A stretch of 55,671 bases of DNA from Arcicella sp. (lineage in GTDB: Bacteria; Bacteroidota; Bacteroidia; Cytophagales; Spirosomataceae). Positions 9,701 through 18,662 of the stretch are shown in pieces. Each line of letters starts with the position of its first letter. Position 1 is the first letter of the stretch. A program made the position numbers and the translations under genes. Where the stretch lies: contig JANXRS010000172.1 of NCBI GenBank assembly GCA_025356745.1, positions 1 through 55,671 of the forward strand. The letters run 5' to 3'. The notes below the pieces were generated by a model, which was not told the origin of the DNA, searched no databases, and saw only the letters and a list, made by a program, of their open reading frames with translations.

Positions 9701-10961
9701 AAGCAACAACTCCATTTTTCCCATCCAAATAATACTGATTTTTCATGACCATATTTTTGTTTTGGTCAGTCCAAATTAATTCTTGTCCTTTTTCAAAAAC
9801 AAGGGTAATCTCACTTTTATCTTTTGCTGAAAAATAGGCTTTTCGGATATTGGGAGCATTAATATTATTATTATCAGCATCATTATAAAAATCTCGACCA
9901 ATCAAACGGGAAAACTCCAGTGCATTTTGTTTATATCCTTCGGGTGTGTAATGCAATCCATCAAAACCCTCTGTCCCAACAGAGGCAAGCACTTGGATAT
10001 CAGGATATTTATCTGATTCCATCCGTTGAATATTACGAATTTGGGGTGTTTGTGGAAGTAACGTATAACCAATAATGTCAATTTGAAAGAGATAGATTTG
10101 TTTAATTGACGGCAAATCTGTTTTTAAGTTTTTATAATAAATATCAAAATTGCCCCCCCAATCTGTTCCCTCACCGTACCCTTCTGATTCTCCTTGTCTG
10201 TAAATTAGGGCTTTTACGGATTGACTGATTCCTGCTTTTTGTAAGCGATACAACATTCTACCGTAACCATTGGTCAAATCAGCAGGATTACTAACAGTTC
10301 TCGTGGCATGATTTTTCATGGATGAATTACTAAACGCACTATTTATTAAGCAAGTTGGAATCCCGTATTTTTCCAGAATATATTGTTGAAATTCAAAACC
10401 CATAGTTCCAACACCTTGATAATATCTATCTTGATTAGACAATGTCCAAAGTGTATCTTTGGGATTATAATTTTCTCTTCCATTATCACCAGTAATGTTC
10501 CCAAAAGTTCGACAAAATTCATTTGTCCGAGCTTCAATAAAAAAACAGTGAGCATTAGACTGACCATTGAGAACATATACATCACCAGAAACAATGTTTT
10601 CACGGTTGACGAGATTTAAAGAATCTTTTCCTCTTACCGCATAAATGTTAAAATCATATTCTGCCTTTTCTGCTTTAATTTTTACGGATGAAAAAGAAAA
10701 ATTTCCAATAGACTTTGTATAAGTTATTGGAGCTTTTTGATATCCAATTTGTTGTTTATTTCTAAAAATTTGTACGGAAAAATAATCCCAGCCAGTCTCT
10801 TCAATTTTTCCAGAAATGGGTATTATAGCTTCACTCTGTTCATTTCGGGGGTATAACTGATAATTTTGGGGCAGTTTATCAAACGTGGTTGCGAAAATTT
10901 TTTGTGCCTTTATGGAAGTACAAAAAATCAGGAATATGATGAAGGTGTTAAAAAATTTCAT
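6747..10961 (-). CDS. T9SS-secreted protein: two tandem sialate O-acetylesterase/CE6-like SGNH modules, about four fibronectin-III repeats and a T9SS C-terminal sorting domain
   Basis: Signal peptide; GQSNA...QGESE...DGLHY and GQSNA...QGEAE...DGKHY; W...Y.YR.KA FN3 repeats; FPNPA...GIY...KKLLIE C-terminal domain. Confidence 0.8.
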   Translation of the reverse strand: MKFFNTFIIFLIFCTSIKAQKIFATTFDKLPQNYQLYPRNEQSEAIIPISGKIEETGWDYFSVQIFRNKQQIGYQKAPITYTKSIGNFSFSSVKIKAEKAEYDFNIYAVRGKDSLNLVNRENIVSGDVYVLNGQSNAHCFFIEARTNEFCRTFGNITGDNGRENYNPKDTLWTLSNQDRYYQGVGTMGFEFQQYILEKYGIPTCLINSAFSNSSMKNHATRTVSNPADLTNGYGRMLYRLQKAGISQSVKALIYRQGESEGYGEGTDWGGNFDIYYKNLKTDLPSIKQIYLFQIDIIGYTLLPQTPQIRNIQRMESDKYPDIQVLASVGTEGFDGLHYTPEGYKQNALEFSRLIGRDFYNDADNNNINAPNIRKAYFSAKDKSEITLVFEKGQELIWTDQNKNMVMKNQYYLDGKNGVVASGYAIANQVVIKLLQPTTATQLSYLPPYIANDSPDYPYSGPYIKNKRGLRALSFHEIKIESFESNLPIPAISYSKIPQSLQLFPRNTKNEAIVSINGKIESAFYNSVSLVVLRNNTPIKLYKSTLNYSGTTANFAFSHTIKAELANYIFRIYATKGSDSVLVTSRENIVAGDAYLINGQSNAAAWDVSTTFPNSDYRNDFCRTFGQVKSGNLFITESDTTWALSNNGKPFVGVWGIELQKQIVEKYRIPVCFLNEAVSGSIITEHTIRDAANPSNISTIYGRLLYRAKKSGHFDNLKGFFFWQGEAEAINKPAVWKPEFEKLVNFWKTDYPSIGKFYIFQINITGFPFSEAADLREYQRQIKNIYPKTEVIATIGNAGYDGKHYTIDGYKKIASDVFKLVARDFYGASDTLQITSPNVQKVYYSNLAKDEITILFEDSQKMVWTADSTYKQDDGTFRKYFMKDYIYLNNANDKVISGRADKNKIILKTSGNIGNQTLTYLPAYYPIKYSVDLRSIFGGPFLKNQRGISTLSFHKQLIADPIAPPILAVRIKAATSIILSWNEVENVNSYIVEIKDLTSDKYNIIQTLPKGNSTFLYEDLLGNSNYTFRIKIVFGNIESEYSSVQILTPKALDSPNLTASATYIDAIKLTWKAVPEANSYVIDRKNLATNSFEQIIKFDANVLEYDDKSLIVNTLYTYRVKAIGTFTESPFSNVDIKTNDYLQSSSFTLTVLSFNSLKIDWKSVPNITSYLLERKGPTQDYRKWGVFEPGVLSFTDKDLISNITYTYRLKAIGEKSESQFISIDGTTPAMLTTPDMTVIPTTIDALKISWKPVQNVTQYILERKLSETDDYKELVKLDASKTEYIDISLKEKTNYFYRLKAYGNKTESDFATIKAQTATILQNEQEIFNVFELFPNPAHTQVTLRFSKPMSGQINIVDLRGVEIFKKDILKNTELIILLNSYQSGIYMLNFKNGDDVFSKKLLIE

Positions 10962-11158
10962 GCGATTTTGAAGATTATTTAATGCTTTTACGTGGTGAAT
11001 ATTTCTTTGTATTTGGAAAAAGAATTGTCAATATCTACGTATTTTCATAGGTTATAGATTCTTGAAACGCTTTTCCTAAAACTTCTTCTATAATTCCTTG
11101 ATTTTGAATAAAATTATTCTAATTATTATACATTTTTCAGTAAAAGAACATTCCATTC

Positions 11159-14050
11159 TTACTTGCCTTCAAAAACTCGCTTCACTTCATTGAGTTTTAA
11201 CAATGCTTCAATCGGTGAGATGGTATTAATATCCAAATTTTTCAAAAGTGCTTCGATTTTTTCGGTTTTTGGATTTTTTTCTGCCTCAAAAATTGCCATT
11301 TGAAAATTCTGCTTTGGCATTTCTCTGATAGTTTGACGATGTTGTTCCTTTGAACGATTTTTTTCTAATTCTACTAAAATTTCACTGGCACGATAAACCA
11401 CATTTTGTGGAATTCCAGCCAATTGGGCCACATGAATACCAAAACTATGTTCCGAACCTCCCTCCTGTAACTTACGCATAAAAATCACTTTTCCGTTGAT
11501 TTCTTTCACTGAAACATTGAAATTTTTAACCCGTGAAAAGTCATTCGCCAATTCATTTAGTTCGTGATAATGCGTAGCAAAAAGGGTCTTCGGTCGACAA
11601 TCAGAATGATTATGCAAATACTCAGCAATAGCCCAAGCAATCGAAACACCGTCGTAAGTACTCGTTCCCCGCCCAATTTCATCCATCAAGACTAGACTTT
11701 TATCAGAAAGGTTGTTTAGGATACTGGCAGTTTCTGTCATTTCAACCATAAAAGTTGATTCTCCTTTAGAGAGGTTATCACTTGCTCCCACACGGGTAAA
11801 AACTTTATCAACAATGCCAATTTTCGCCTCAGTTGCAGGAACAAAACAGCCAATTTGAGCCATCAAAACTATCAAAGCCGTTTGTCGCAAAAGGGCAGAT
11901 TTACCTGCCATATTAGGACCTGTAATGATGATAATCTGTTGCGTTACATCATCTAAATATAAATCATTGGGAACGTACTTTTCACCTAAAGGCAATTGCT
12001 GTTCAATGACGGGATGTCGTCCATTTATGACATTAAGTATCTTACTGTCAGACACTTCTGGTTTTGAATAATTATTTTTTACAGCAATTTTAGCAAAATT
12101 TGTCAATACATCAAGCACCGCAATTATCTTGGCATTTTGTTGAATCTGTTGGATATACTCATTTGCTACATTTACTAATTCATTAAAAATTCTTTGCTCA
12201 ATTACATTAATTTTGTCTTCCGCTCCTAAGATAGTTTCTTCGTATTCTTTAAGTTCAGGGGTAATATATCTCTCAGCATTTACAAGGGTTTGCTTACGAA
12301 TCCAATCCTCGGGAACTTTGTCTTTATGGGAATTGGTAACTTCTAAATAATATCCAAAAACTCGATTAAATGAAATTTTTAAAGACGTAATACCCGTCCG
12401 CTCAATCTCACGGTTTTGAATTTGCATTAAAAAATCTTTTCCAGTGAAGGCAATACCCAAAAGGTGGTCTAAATCTTCATCAACTCCCTGCTTAATCATA
12501 CCGCCTTGATTGCTTAAAATTGGCAAATCATCTCGAAGTTCTTTCTGTATTTTATCTAATAAAAACTGACAAGGATTTAGTTGGTCAGCGTATCTTTTTA
12601 AAAGGGCAGAGTTTAGAGCGGGTGGCGTTCCACTTTCAAGTGTTGAGTTATTAGAAATAGCTATCTCTGCTTCTTTCACTGCTGATGGCTGACTACCAAT
12701 TGCCGACTGCCCATAGGTTGGATTTAAAACTTCATTTAAAAAATCATCACTACTAATTTCGTTTCCTTCGGTATCATCAAAAATGCCTCCGCCAACTGCC
12801 AATTCACGAGCATCTTTTTCAGAACGAAAACCACCCACAATTTCCAGTGGCTTACCATTAATTAATTGCCAACGGATGGGCTCGATGTGTAGGAGAGCTT
12901 TTTTAAGAGCTAAGAGTTCTCTGGGATTAATTCTGCGAACGGCAACTTTTGAGATAAGTCGTTCTAAATCACCAATTTGTTTTAAATGTGATTCTAAACT
13001 TTCACGTAATTCTTCGTTTTCCTTAAAGTAAGAAACAGTATTTAATCGTTCCTGAATTTGCGATTTTTCTTTGAGCGGCAAAACCAACCATTTTCGCAAT
13101 AATCTTGCTCCCATTGGAGTCATTGTTTGGTCAAGAATCTGGATTAATGGAATTCCTCCCTCCTGTTGTGCCGATACTAATTCTAAGTTCCGAATCGTAA
13201 ATTTGTCTAACCAAACGTATTTCTCTTCCTCCAAACGATTGATTCTTGAAATATGCCCCACTTGTCGGTGTTCAGTTTCCGCTAAATAGTGCATAATAAC
13301 ACCCGCAGCAATGATTCCTTCGGTGAGAGATTCAATTCCAAAACCTTTTAAGTTATTGGTTTTAAAATGATTAGTCAATAATGGATAGGCAAAATCATGC
13401 TTGAAAGCCCAATCATCTAGCCCAAAAGTTAGATATTTATCCCCAAAAATTTGCGTATATTCTTGTCGATTTTTTTTACAAAATAAGACTTCAGAAGGCG
13501 AGAAACTTTGTATTAATTTCTCAATATAAGCCACATTTCCTTGTGAGCAAAGAAATTCACCCGTTGAAATATCTAAGAAAGCAATTCCTACAACTTCCTT
13601 TGAAAACGATGAAAAACTGATTGAAGCCAAGTAATTATTGTGCTTCATATCCAACACGTTATCGTTGTAGGAAACCCCAGGTGTAACCAATTCCGTTACG
13701 CCTCTTTTCACAATTCCTTTCGCCGTTGCGGGGTCTTCCAATTGGTCGCAAATAGCCACACGCTCACCTGCACGTACTAAACGAGGCAAATAATTATCTA
13801 AAGAATGATGAGGAAAACCTGCCAAATGGGCATCAGCATTTCCATTATTTCTACGAGTAAGTGTAATATTCAGAATTTTGGAAGCACGAACAGCGTCTTC
13901 CCCAAAAGTTTCATAAAAGTCGCCTACCCGAAACAACAATAATGCCCCAGGGTATTTCAACTTAATCTGATTATATTGTTTGGAAAGAGGTGTTTCGTGA
14001 GACTTTTTTTCTTTGGTTTTATCGTTAGGATTATTAGAAGGTCTTGCCAT
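11159..14050 (-). CDS. mutS: DNA mismatch repair protein MutS (MutS1) with an ~80-aa internal insertion
   Basis: TPL..QY, GDFYE, TGPNMAGKS P-loop, STFMVEM, DEIGRGTST and ATHYHEL motifs. Start placed at ATG 14050, downstream of a TATTTTTG box (14142-14149, minus strand). Confidence 0.95.
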   Translation of the reverse strand: MARPSNNPNDKTKEKKSHETPLSKQYNQIKLKYPGALLLFRVGDFYETFGEDAVRASKILNITLTRRNNGNADAHLAGFPHHSLDNYLPRLVRAGERVAICDQLEDPATAKGIVKRGVTELVTPGVSYNDNVLDMKHNNYLASISFSSFSKEVVGIAFLDISTGEFLCSQGNVAYIEKLIQSFSPSEVLFCKKNRQEYTQIFGDKYLTFGLDDWAFKHDFAYPLLTNHFKTNNLKGFGIESLTEGIIAAGVIMHYLAETEHRQVGHISRINRLEEEKYVWLDKFTIRNLELVSAQQEGGIPLIQILDQTMTPMGARLLRKWLVLPLKEKSQIQERLNTVSYFKENEELRESLESHLKQIGDLERLISKVAVRRINPRELLALKKALLHIEPIRWQLINGKPLEIVGGFRSEKDARELAVGGGIFDDTEGNEISSDDFLNEVLNPTYGQSAIGSQPSAVKEAEIAISNNSTLESGTPPALNSALLKRYADQLNPCQFLLDKIQKELRDDLPILSNQGGMIKQGVDEDLDHLLGIAFTGKDFLMQIQNREIERTGITSLKISFNRVFGYYLEVTNSHKDKVPEDWIRKQTLVNAERYITPELKEYEETILGAEDKINVIEQRIFNELVNVANEYIQQIQQNAKIIAVLDVLTNFAKIAVKNNYSKPEVSDSKILNVINGRHPVIEQQLPLGEKYVPNDLYLDDVTQQIIIITGPNMAGKSALLRQTALIVLMAQIGCFVPATEAKIGIVDKVFTRVGASDNLSKGESTFMVEMTETASILNNLSDKSLVLMDEIGRGTSTYDGVSIAWAIAEYLHNHSDCRPKTLFATHYHELNELANDFSRVKNFNVSVKEINGKVIFMRKLQEGGSEHSFGIHVAQLAGIPQNVVYRASEILVELEKNRSKEQHRQTIREMPKQNFQMAIFEAEKNPKTEKIEALLKNLDINTISPIEALLKLNEVKRVFEGK

Positions 14051-14204
14051 TGGGGAATTTAGAAATGGTTTTATTAACCACTTTTTGAATGAATATTGAA
14101 TATTTAATCTTTGGAATGGAACATTACGTTTCATTTCCAAACAAAAATACACACACCAAGGCAAAGACTATATAAAGTAGGGAAAAGATTTAAAAGAGGA
14201 AGTC

Positions 14205-14918
14205 TTATAAATCTTTTTTATGCAAAATACCAATCGGTGAACCTTTTGCCATAAATACACTATCGGCTGGATTTTCATTTAAAAAAGCGAACTCTTTACC
14301 GTATAATTTCTCGAAATCACATTCAATTTTATAACTTTTCACTTTATGAATTTGCCAAGATGGATGTTCAACTCCATACTCAAACGTGGTAACATTGCTA
14401 TATTTTGAATAACCCCAATAATGTTCAGCAATAAATTGTTCTTTACTTCCATCAATCATTGGAGCATGATTTTTTTCAGTCGTTGCTTCCAGTTTATTCC
14501 AAACACCTTTAAATTTCCAGTGATAGCCTAAATTAATTTCATTTTCAGCCACTTCATGAAAGTGATTCATGGGCAAGGTTACATATTTTTCACGATACAA
14601 GGTATTGGCAACCAAAGTAATGGCTATTTTTGGAACAATTTCTTTGATAAAAACGGCACCTCTTTTCCAAGTATTTCCGTCCTTTACTCTTACATAAAAA
14701 CGAAGGTTTACTTCCTCAAAATTAATGTGAAAAGGAAAAGATAAGCCTAAAATTTTCGTTTTTTCAAACATAAAACCAATCAAACTAACGTAACAAACAT
14801 CGTTAAAATAGTCCAATTCAGTTTTAGGGGGTAAATAGGGCAGTAATATTTTGGGGTCGATGACATAATTCGCCATAATGAGGTTATTCCACTCAGCGGT
14901 CAGAAATTTATTTGGCAT
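14205..14918 (-). CDS. YqjF/DUF2071 family protein
   Basis: FLTAEW..L.MANY, FEEVNLRFYV, FIAEHYWGY and VEHPSW motifs. Confidence 0.8.
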   Translation of the reverse strand: MPNKFLTAEWNNLIMANYVIDPKILLPYLPPKTELDYFNDVCYVSLIGFMFEKTKILGLSFPFHINFEEVNLRFYVRVKDGNTWKRGAVFIKEIVPKIAITLVANTLYREKYVTLPMNHFHEVAENEINLGYHWKFKGVWNKLEATTEKNHAPMIDGSKEQFIAEHYWGYSKYSNVTTFEYGVEHPSWQIHKVKSYKIECDFEKLYGKEFAFLNENPADSVFMAKGSPIGILHKKDL

Positions 14919-15184
14919 GGTCTTTTAAAATTTATTTTGTACTTATTAAAAACCTTCAAAATTGAAAAGAGTTTTTTTTCCAGTAAATTAAAATATAAGC
15001 TTAAAATGAAAATCAAACTACTACACCAAAAAACGAAAAATATTTGTAATTTTATGAGCTTCTCTCAATAGTTTTTACAATTCAACCTTCATCTCATTGA
15101 AAATACTAATAACCAATTCACTACTACTAAAAATGACAGCATTTTAAGATAAAGTTGTCCAGTGTCTTAAAATTATTGATGAAT

Positions 15185-16423
15185 ATGAAAAAAATATTTT
15201 TGGTATCTTTTGTAATCCTTACAAACGCTGTTTTCGCTCAAACTTTTATGGCACAAACCGACCCACCTATGTTAGGGAAAATTTGTCCACAATTCTCTAT
15301 GTCTGTCATTAAAGCCAATGGCACAGAGAAAAGCCTTACCCTCAGTGAACTTCACGGAAAAGTTGTCATTATAGAGTTTTGGGCTACTTACTGTGCTCCT
15401 TGCATTCCTTCTTTAAAGCATTTTGATAGACTTCAAGTTCAATTTGGGGATGCCGTAAAATTCATTGCGGTGTCGGAAGAAAACCGTGATAAAGTAGATG
15501 CTTTCATTGCAAAAAGAGGCAATAAAAATATCACGTATGCCATGGATTTGGGGCGTAAATTGAATGATATGTTCTACCATCATTTCATTCCTCATACCGT
15601 TGTGATTGACCAAGATGGAATTGTGCAAGCCTTTTGTTCACCCGATGAAATTGACCAATTTGTTATTGCAAAATTAATTAATCGTGAACCTGTGACTTTT
15701 ACGATAAAACATGAATATCAAGAAACTTCATATACGCAATCAACGGGTATTTCGCAAAGTTATGACCAACCTATCAGCGTTAAAAATCCTAAAAATCAAA
15801 CGTATAAAATTGAATTATCGAATTATAAAGAAGGAAAGGCTACAGAATTTATCAAAGAATCATCCACAGAATATAAATTTATTAATTGCCCTTTAACGTT
15901 AATTTACCAAATTTTATACAATCAAAAGACTAGTAGAGTTTTGTTGGAGGTTAACGATAAATCCAAATATTCTTTTGAAAACAATAATTTGTATTGTTTG
16001 GAATTGAATGTACCAAATCATATTGGGAAAAATATTCAAGAAATTGGTTTACAGCAATTAGAGGCTCTTTTTCCACTAAAATCTAAAGTTGAGACTCGGA
16101 TTCAAAAGGTTTTTTCTATTCAAAAATCTGATTTACAAGGAGCAATTTCGAGTATAGATAGTACAGGAATTATTCAAAAAGGATTAACAATCAAGGATTT
16201 AATGAATCATTTAGAGAGTAATCCACAGTTAGTAAATAACCTCACAGTAATTAATGAATCGGGTTTGTCAGATAATACGATGTTGGATTTAGATTGGTTT
16301 CAAAATTATCCCGATTCAATTGAAAATCGTTTACGAACTCTTGGCTTACACGGGGAAGTAAAAATGGCAAATATTCTGTGTTTAGTACTTTATGAACAGC
16401 CTTTGGTCAGTAAAAAAGAGTAG
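15185..16423 (+). CDS. Exported TlpA/redoxin-family thiol-disulfide protein with uncharacterised C-terminal extension
   Basis: Signal peptide (MKKIFLV...VFAQ); GKVVIIEFWATYCAPC (CxxC); IPHTVVIDQDG. Confidence 0.75.
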   Translation: MKKIFLVSFVILTNAVFAQTFMAQTDPPMLGKICPQFSMSVIKANGTEKSLTLSELHGKVVIIEFWATYCAPCIPSLKHFDRLQVQFGDAVKFIAVSEENRDKVDAFIAKRGNKNITYAMDLGRKLNDMFYHHFIPHTVVIDQDGIVQAFCSPDEIDQFVIAKLINREPVTFTIKHEYQETSYTQSTGISQSYDQPISVKNPKNQTYKIELSNYKEGKATEFIKESSTEYKFINCPLTLIYQILYNQKTSRVLLEVNDKSKYSFENNNLYCLELNVPNHIGKNIQEIGLQQLEALFPLKSKVETRIQKVFSIQKSDLQGAISSIDSTGIIQKGLTIKDLMNHLESNPQLVNNLTVINESGLSDNTMLDLDWFQNYPDSIENRLRTLGLHGEVKMANILCLVLYEQPLVSKKE

Positions 16424-16600
16424 ATAAATAATTATTAGGTTTCAGTGATTAGATTTTACAAATAAATTCATTTATAAAGCATTGAAAGTAAGCTATTTGC
16501 AAAAAAAATATAGTAATAACTTAGCACTAATCATCAATTACTAATAGATAATTGCTTACCGTTTCTTATCTTTACCACAACAATAAATTTTAAGTTTAAT

Positions 16601-16969
16601 ATGAAAAAAGTCCTAATTGCCGAAGATAGCTCAGTTATCCAAAACCTTGCTAAAAAAATATTAGAGTTTCAAAACTTTGAAATCCATTCTGTAAAAAATG
16701 GACAACAAGTTTTAGATGCTCTTGAAAAAGAAGATTTTGATATTCTTTTGCTCGACATTAATATGCCCGTTATGGACGGAATGGAATGTGCTAAAGCTGT
16801 TCGTGCCTTGAAAGATGAGAAAAAAGCTAAATTACCAATGATTGCCATTACAGGCAATGCTCGCAACTATTCAATGGACGATTTCAAAGAAGCTGGTTTT
16901 GATGATATGTTAGCAAAACCCCTCAATTTTGATGCACTCGTGGCACAAGTAAAAACTTTAACAGAGTAA
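16601..16969 (+). CDS. Stand-alone response regulator receiver (CheY-like)
   Basis: VLIAED, LLDINMPVMDG (phospho-acceptor Asp), IAITG and AKP motifs; no output domain. Confidence 0.92.
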   Translation: MKKVLIAEDSSVIQNLAKKILEFQNFEIHSVKNGQQVLDALEKEDFDILLLDINMPVMDGMECAKAVRALKDEKKAKLPMIAITGNARNYSMDDFKEAGFDDMLAKPLNFDALVAQVKTLTE

Positions 16970-16974
16970 TTTTA

Positions 16975-17044
16975 AGGGTCAGGAATTAGGGATTATGGGA
17001 TTCTCCTTTAATCTCTAAACTCTTAACCTCCTAATCCCTAAATC
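16975..17044. repeat. Inverted heptamer-repeat element (TTAGGGA / TCCCTAA family)
   Basis: AGGAATT AGGGATT ATGGGATT ... TAATCTC TAAACTC TTAACCT CCTAATC CCTAAAT; 16986-16995 pairs perfectly with 17032-17041. Confidence 0.65.
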
Positions 17045-17815
17045 ATGCAAATCACCTTCTTAGGCACTGGCACATCGCAGGGCGTTCCCGTAATTGCCTG
17101 TGGGTGCGAGATTTGCCAATCCCTTGACTTCCGAGATAAACGACTACGAGTTTCCCTCCATATTGAAGTGGATGGAAAGAGTTTTGTGGTGGATGCTGGC
17201 CCCGATTTTCGTCAGCAAATGTTACGTGAAAGGGTCAAAAATTTGGATGCTATTCTTTTTACCCATGAACATAAAGACCACACCGCTGGGCTGGATGATG
17301 TAAGGGCTTATAATTTTTTCCAAAAACGTGATATGCCTATTTATGGACGAAAACACGTTTTAGCACAAATTAAGCAGGAATTTCACTACGCTTTCACAGA
17401 AATAAAATATCCTGGAACTCCTCAAATTACCCTTAACGAAATTCAAAATTACCCTTTTCAAGTTGACGGAATCGACGTTACTCCCATTGAGGTAATGCAT
17501 TATAAATTACCCGTATTTGGATTTCGGATAAAAGATTTTACCTATATTACTGATGTAAATTTTATTTCGGATGAAGAAATTGAGAAAATCAAAGGTTCAA
17601 AAGTAGTAGTAATGGGTGCTTTACGAAGAGAGACGCATCTTTCACATTTCACTTTAGCTGAAGCAGTTGAAATGTTAGAAAAAATTTCTCCCAAACAAGC
17701 ATATATCACGCACATAAGTCATCAAATGGGCTTACATCGTGAGGTTAATGAGGAATTGCCTGCATATATCCAATTGGCTTATGATGGTTTAGTTATCAAT
17801 ATAGACGAAAAATAA
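17045..17815 (+). CDS. MBL-fold metallo-hydrolase (PhnP-like phosphodiesterase family)
   Basis: LGTGTSQGVP..C.C..C, THEHKDH metal motif, YITD and THISH. Confidence 0.88.
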   Translation: MQITFLGTGTSQGVPVIACGCEICQSLDFRDKRLRVSLHIEVDGKSFVVDAGPDFRQQMLRERVKNLDAILFTHEHKDHTAGLDDVRAYNFFQKRDMPIYGRKHVLAQIKQEFHYAFTEIKYPGTPQITLNEIQNYPFQVDGIDVTPIEVMHYKLPVFGFRIKDFTYITDVNFISDEEIEKIKGSKVVVMGALRRETHLSHFTLAEAVEMLEKISPKQAYITHISHQMGLHREVNEELPAYIQLAYDGLVINIDEK

Positions 17816-17816
17816 G

Positions 17817-18575
17817 ATGAAAAAAACAATATATTACCTCATGTTTTTAGGACTGATAACTTCGTGTTCTCAGACAAAGACTACTATTGAAACTAAGGAT
17901 ACTTTAATAGAAGTAAAAATTGATACCATTGCTACGGATTCCTCTACTTCAAAGGTCATGTATCTTGAAGATGTATTAGAATGTGTTGATTTACAAGGAC
18001 TTGAAAAAAAATATGGTGCTAAGAATATTGTAAAAAAAGATTCTATTGAAACAGGTGAGGGAACTTTTGAAACTACAAAACTTTTCAGAAATACGGATAA
18101 AGAAGTTAATATTTATTGGCAAGATGGCTATGAATATAAGCGAATCCAAGATGTTGTGGTAAAAGGCAAATTGGATGAAAATGCGAAATTAAAAAAAACA
18201 AGTCCTTGGGTTTCAAAAAAAGGCTTACGCATTGGCATGAAAATGTCGGAAGTGGTTGCCTTAAATGGAAAAACCTTCACCATTACAGGAATAGGCTGGG
18301 ACTTAGGGGGAAATGTAGTAAGCTGGGAAGGAGGAAAATTAGCGAATAAAAATGTAAATGTTAGATTCAACGATTATTCGGATAATATGGGAGGGTTAAC
18401 AGAAAAAGAATATGATTCAATTTCGGGAGACAGAGAGTTTGACACAAAACATCCCGCAATCCAAAAACTAAATCCAACGGTTGATGAGTTTTCGGTCTAT
18501 AAAATTTTTGAAATCACTCCTGAATTAGGTCAGAAAATGACCAAGGAAGTTGAGAAAAAACAGATTAAGCGTTAG
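17817..18575 (+). CDS. Hypothetical lipoprotein
   Basis: Lipobox LITSC; 252-aa ORF starting 1 nt after the upstream stop. Confidence 0.75.
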   Translation: MKKTIYYLMFLGLITSCSQTKTTIETKDTLIEVKIDTIATDSSTSKVMYLEDVLECVDLQGLEKKYGAKNIVKKDSIETGEGTFETTKLFRNTDKEVNIYWQDGYEYKRIQDVVVKGKLDENAKLKKTSPWVSKKGLRIGMKMSEVVALNGKTFTITGIGWDLGGNVVSWEGGKLANKNVNVRFNDYSDNMGGLTEKEYDSISGDREFDTKHPAIQKLNPTVDEFSVYKIFEITPELGQKMTKEVEKKQIKR

Positions 18576-18591
18576 TATATTTATTCAAAAT

Positions 18592-18642
18592 AAAAGCGTC
18601 GTGAAGCAACTCCACTGTGAGTTTGAATCTTCACGACGTTTT
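18592..18642. terminator. Hairpin between convergent genes (probable terminator)
   Basis: CGTCGTGAAG (18597-18606) / CTTCACGACG (18629-18638), flanked by A and T tracts. Confidence 0.6.
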
Positions 18643-18662
18643 CATTAGTAGATATTAAATTT

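Noticed and set aside
12608-12862. MutS insertion as an intein
   Set aside because: It is too short and lacks the N-terminal Cys/Ser block and the C-terminal His-Asn plus nucleophile.
14051-14164. N-terminal extension of mutS in the ORF track
   Set aside because: It contains the likely promoter box and has no MutS similarity; the TTG start is improbable.
15140-15153. 14-bp match CATTTTAAGATAAA shared with ~46237-46250
   Set aside because: It is nearly all A/T and the contexts differ (leader versus terminator), so probably chance.
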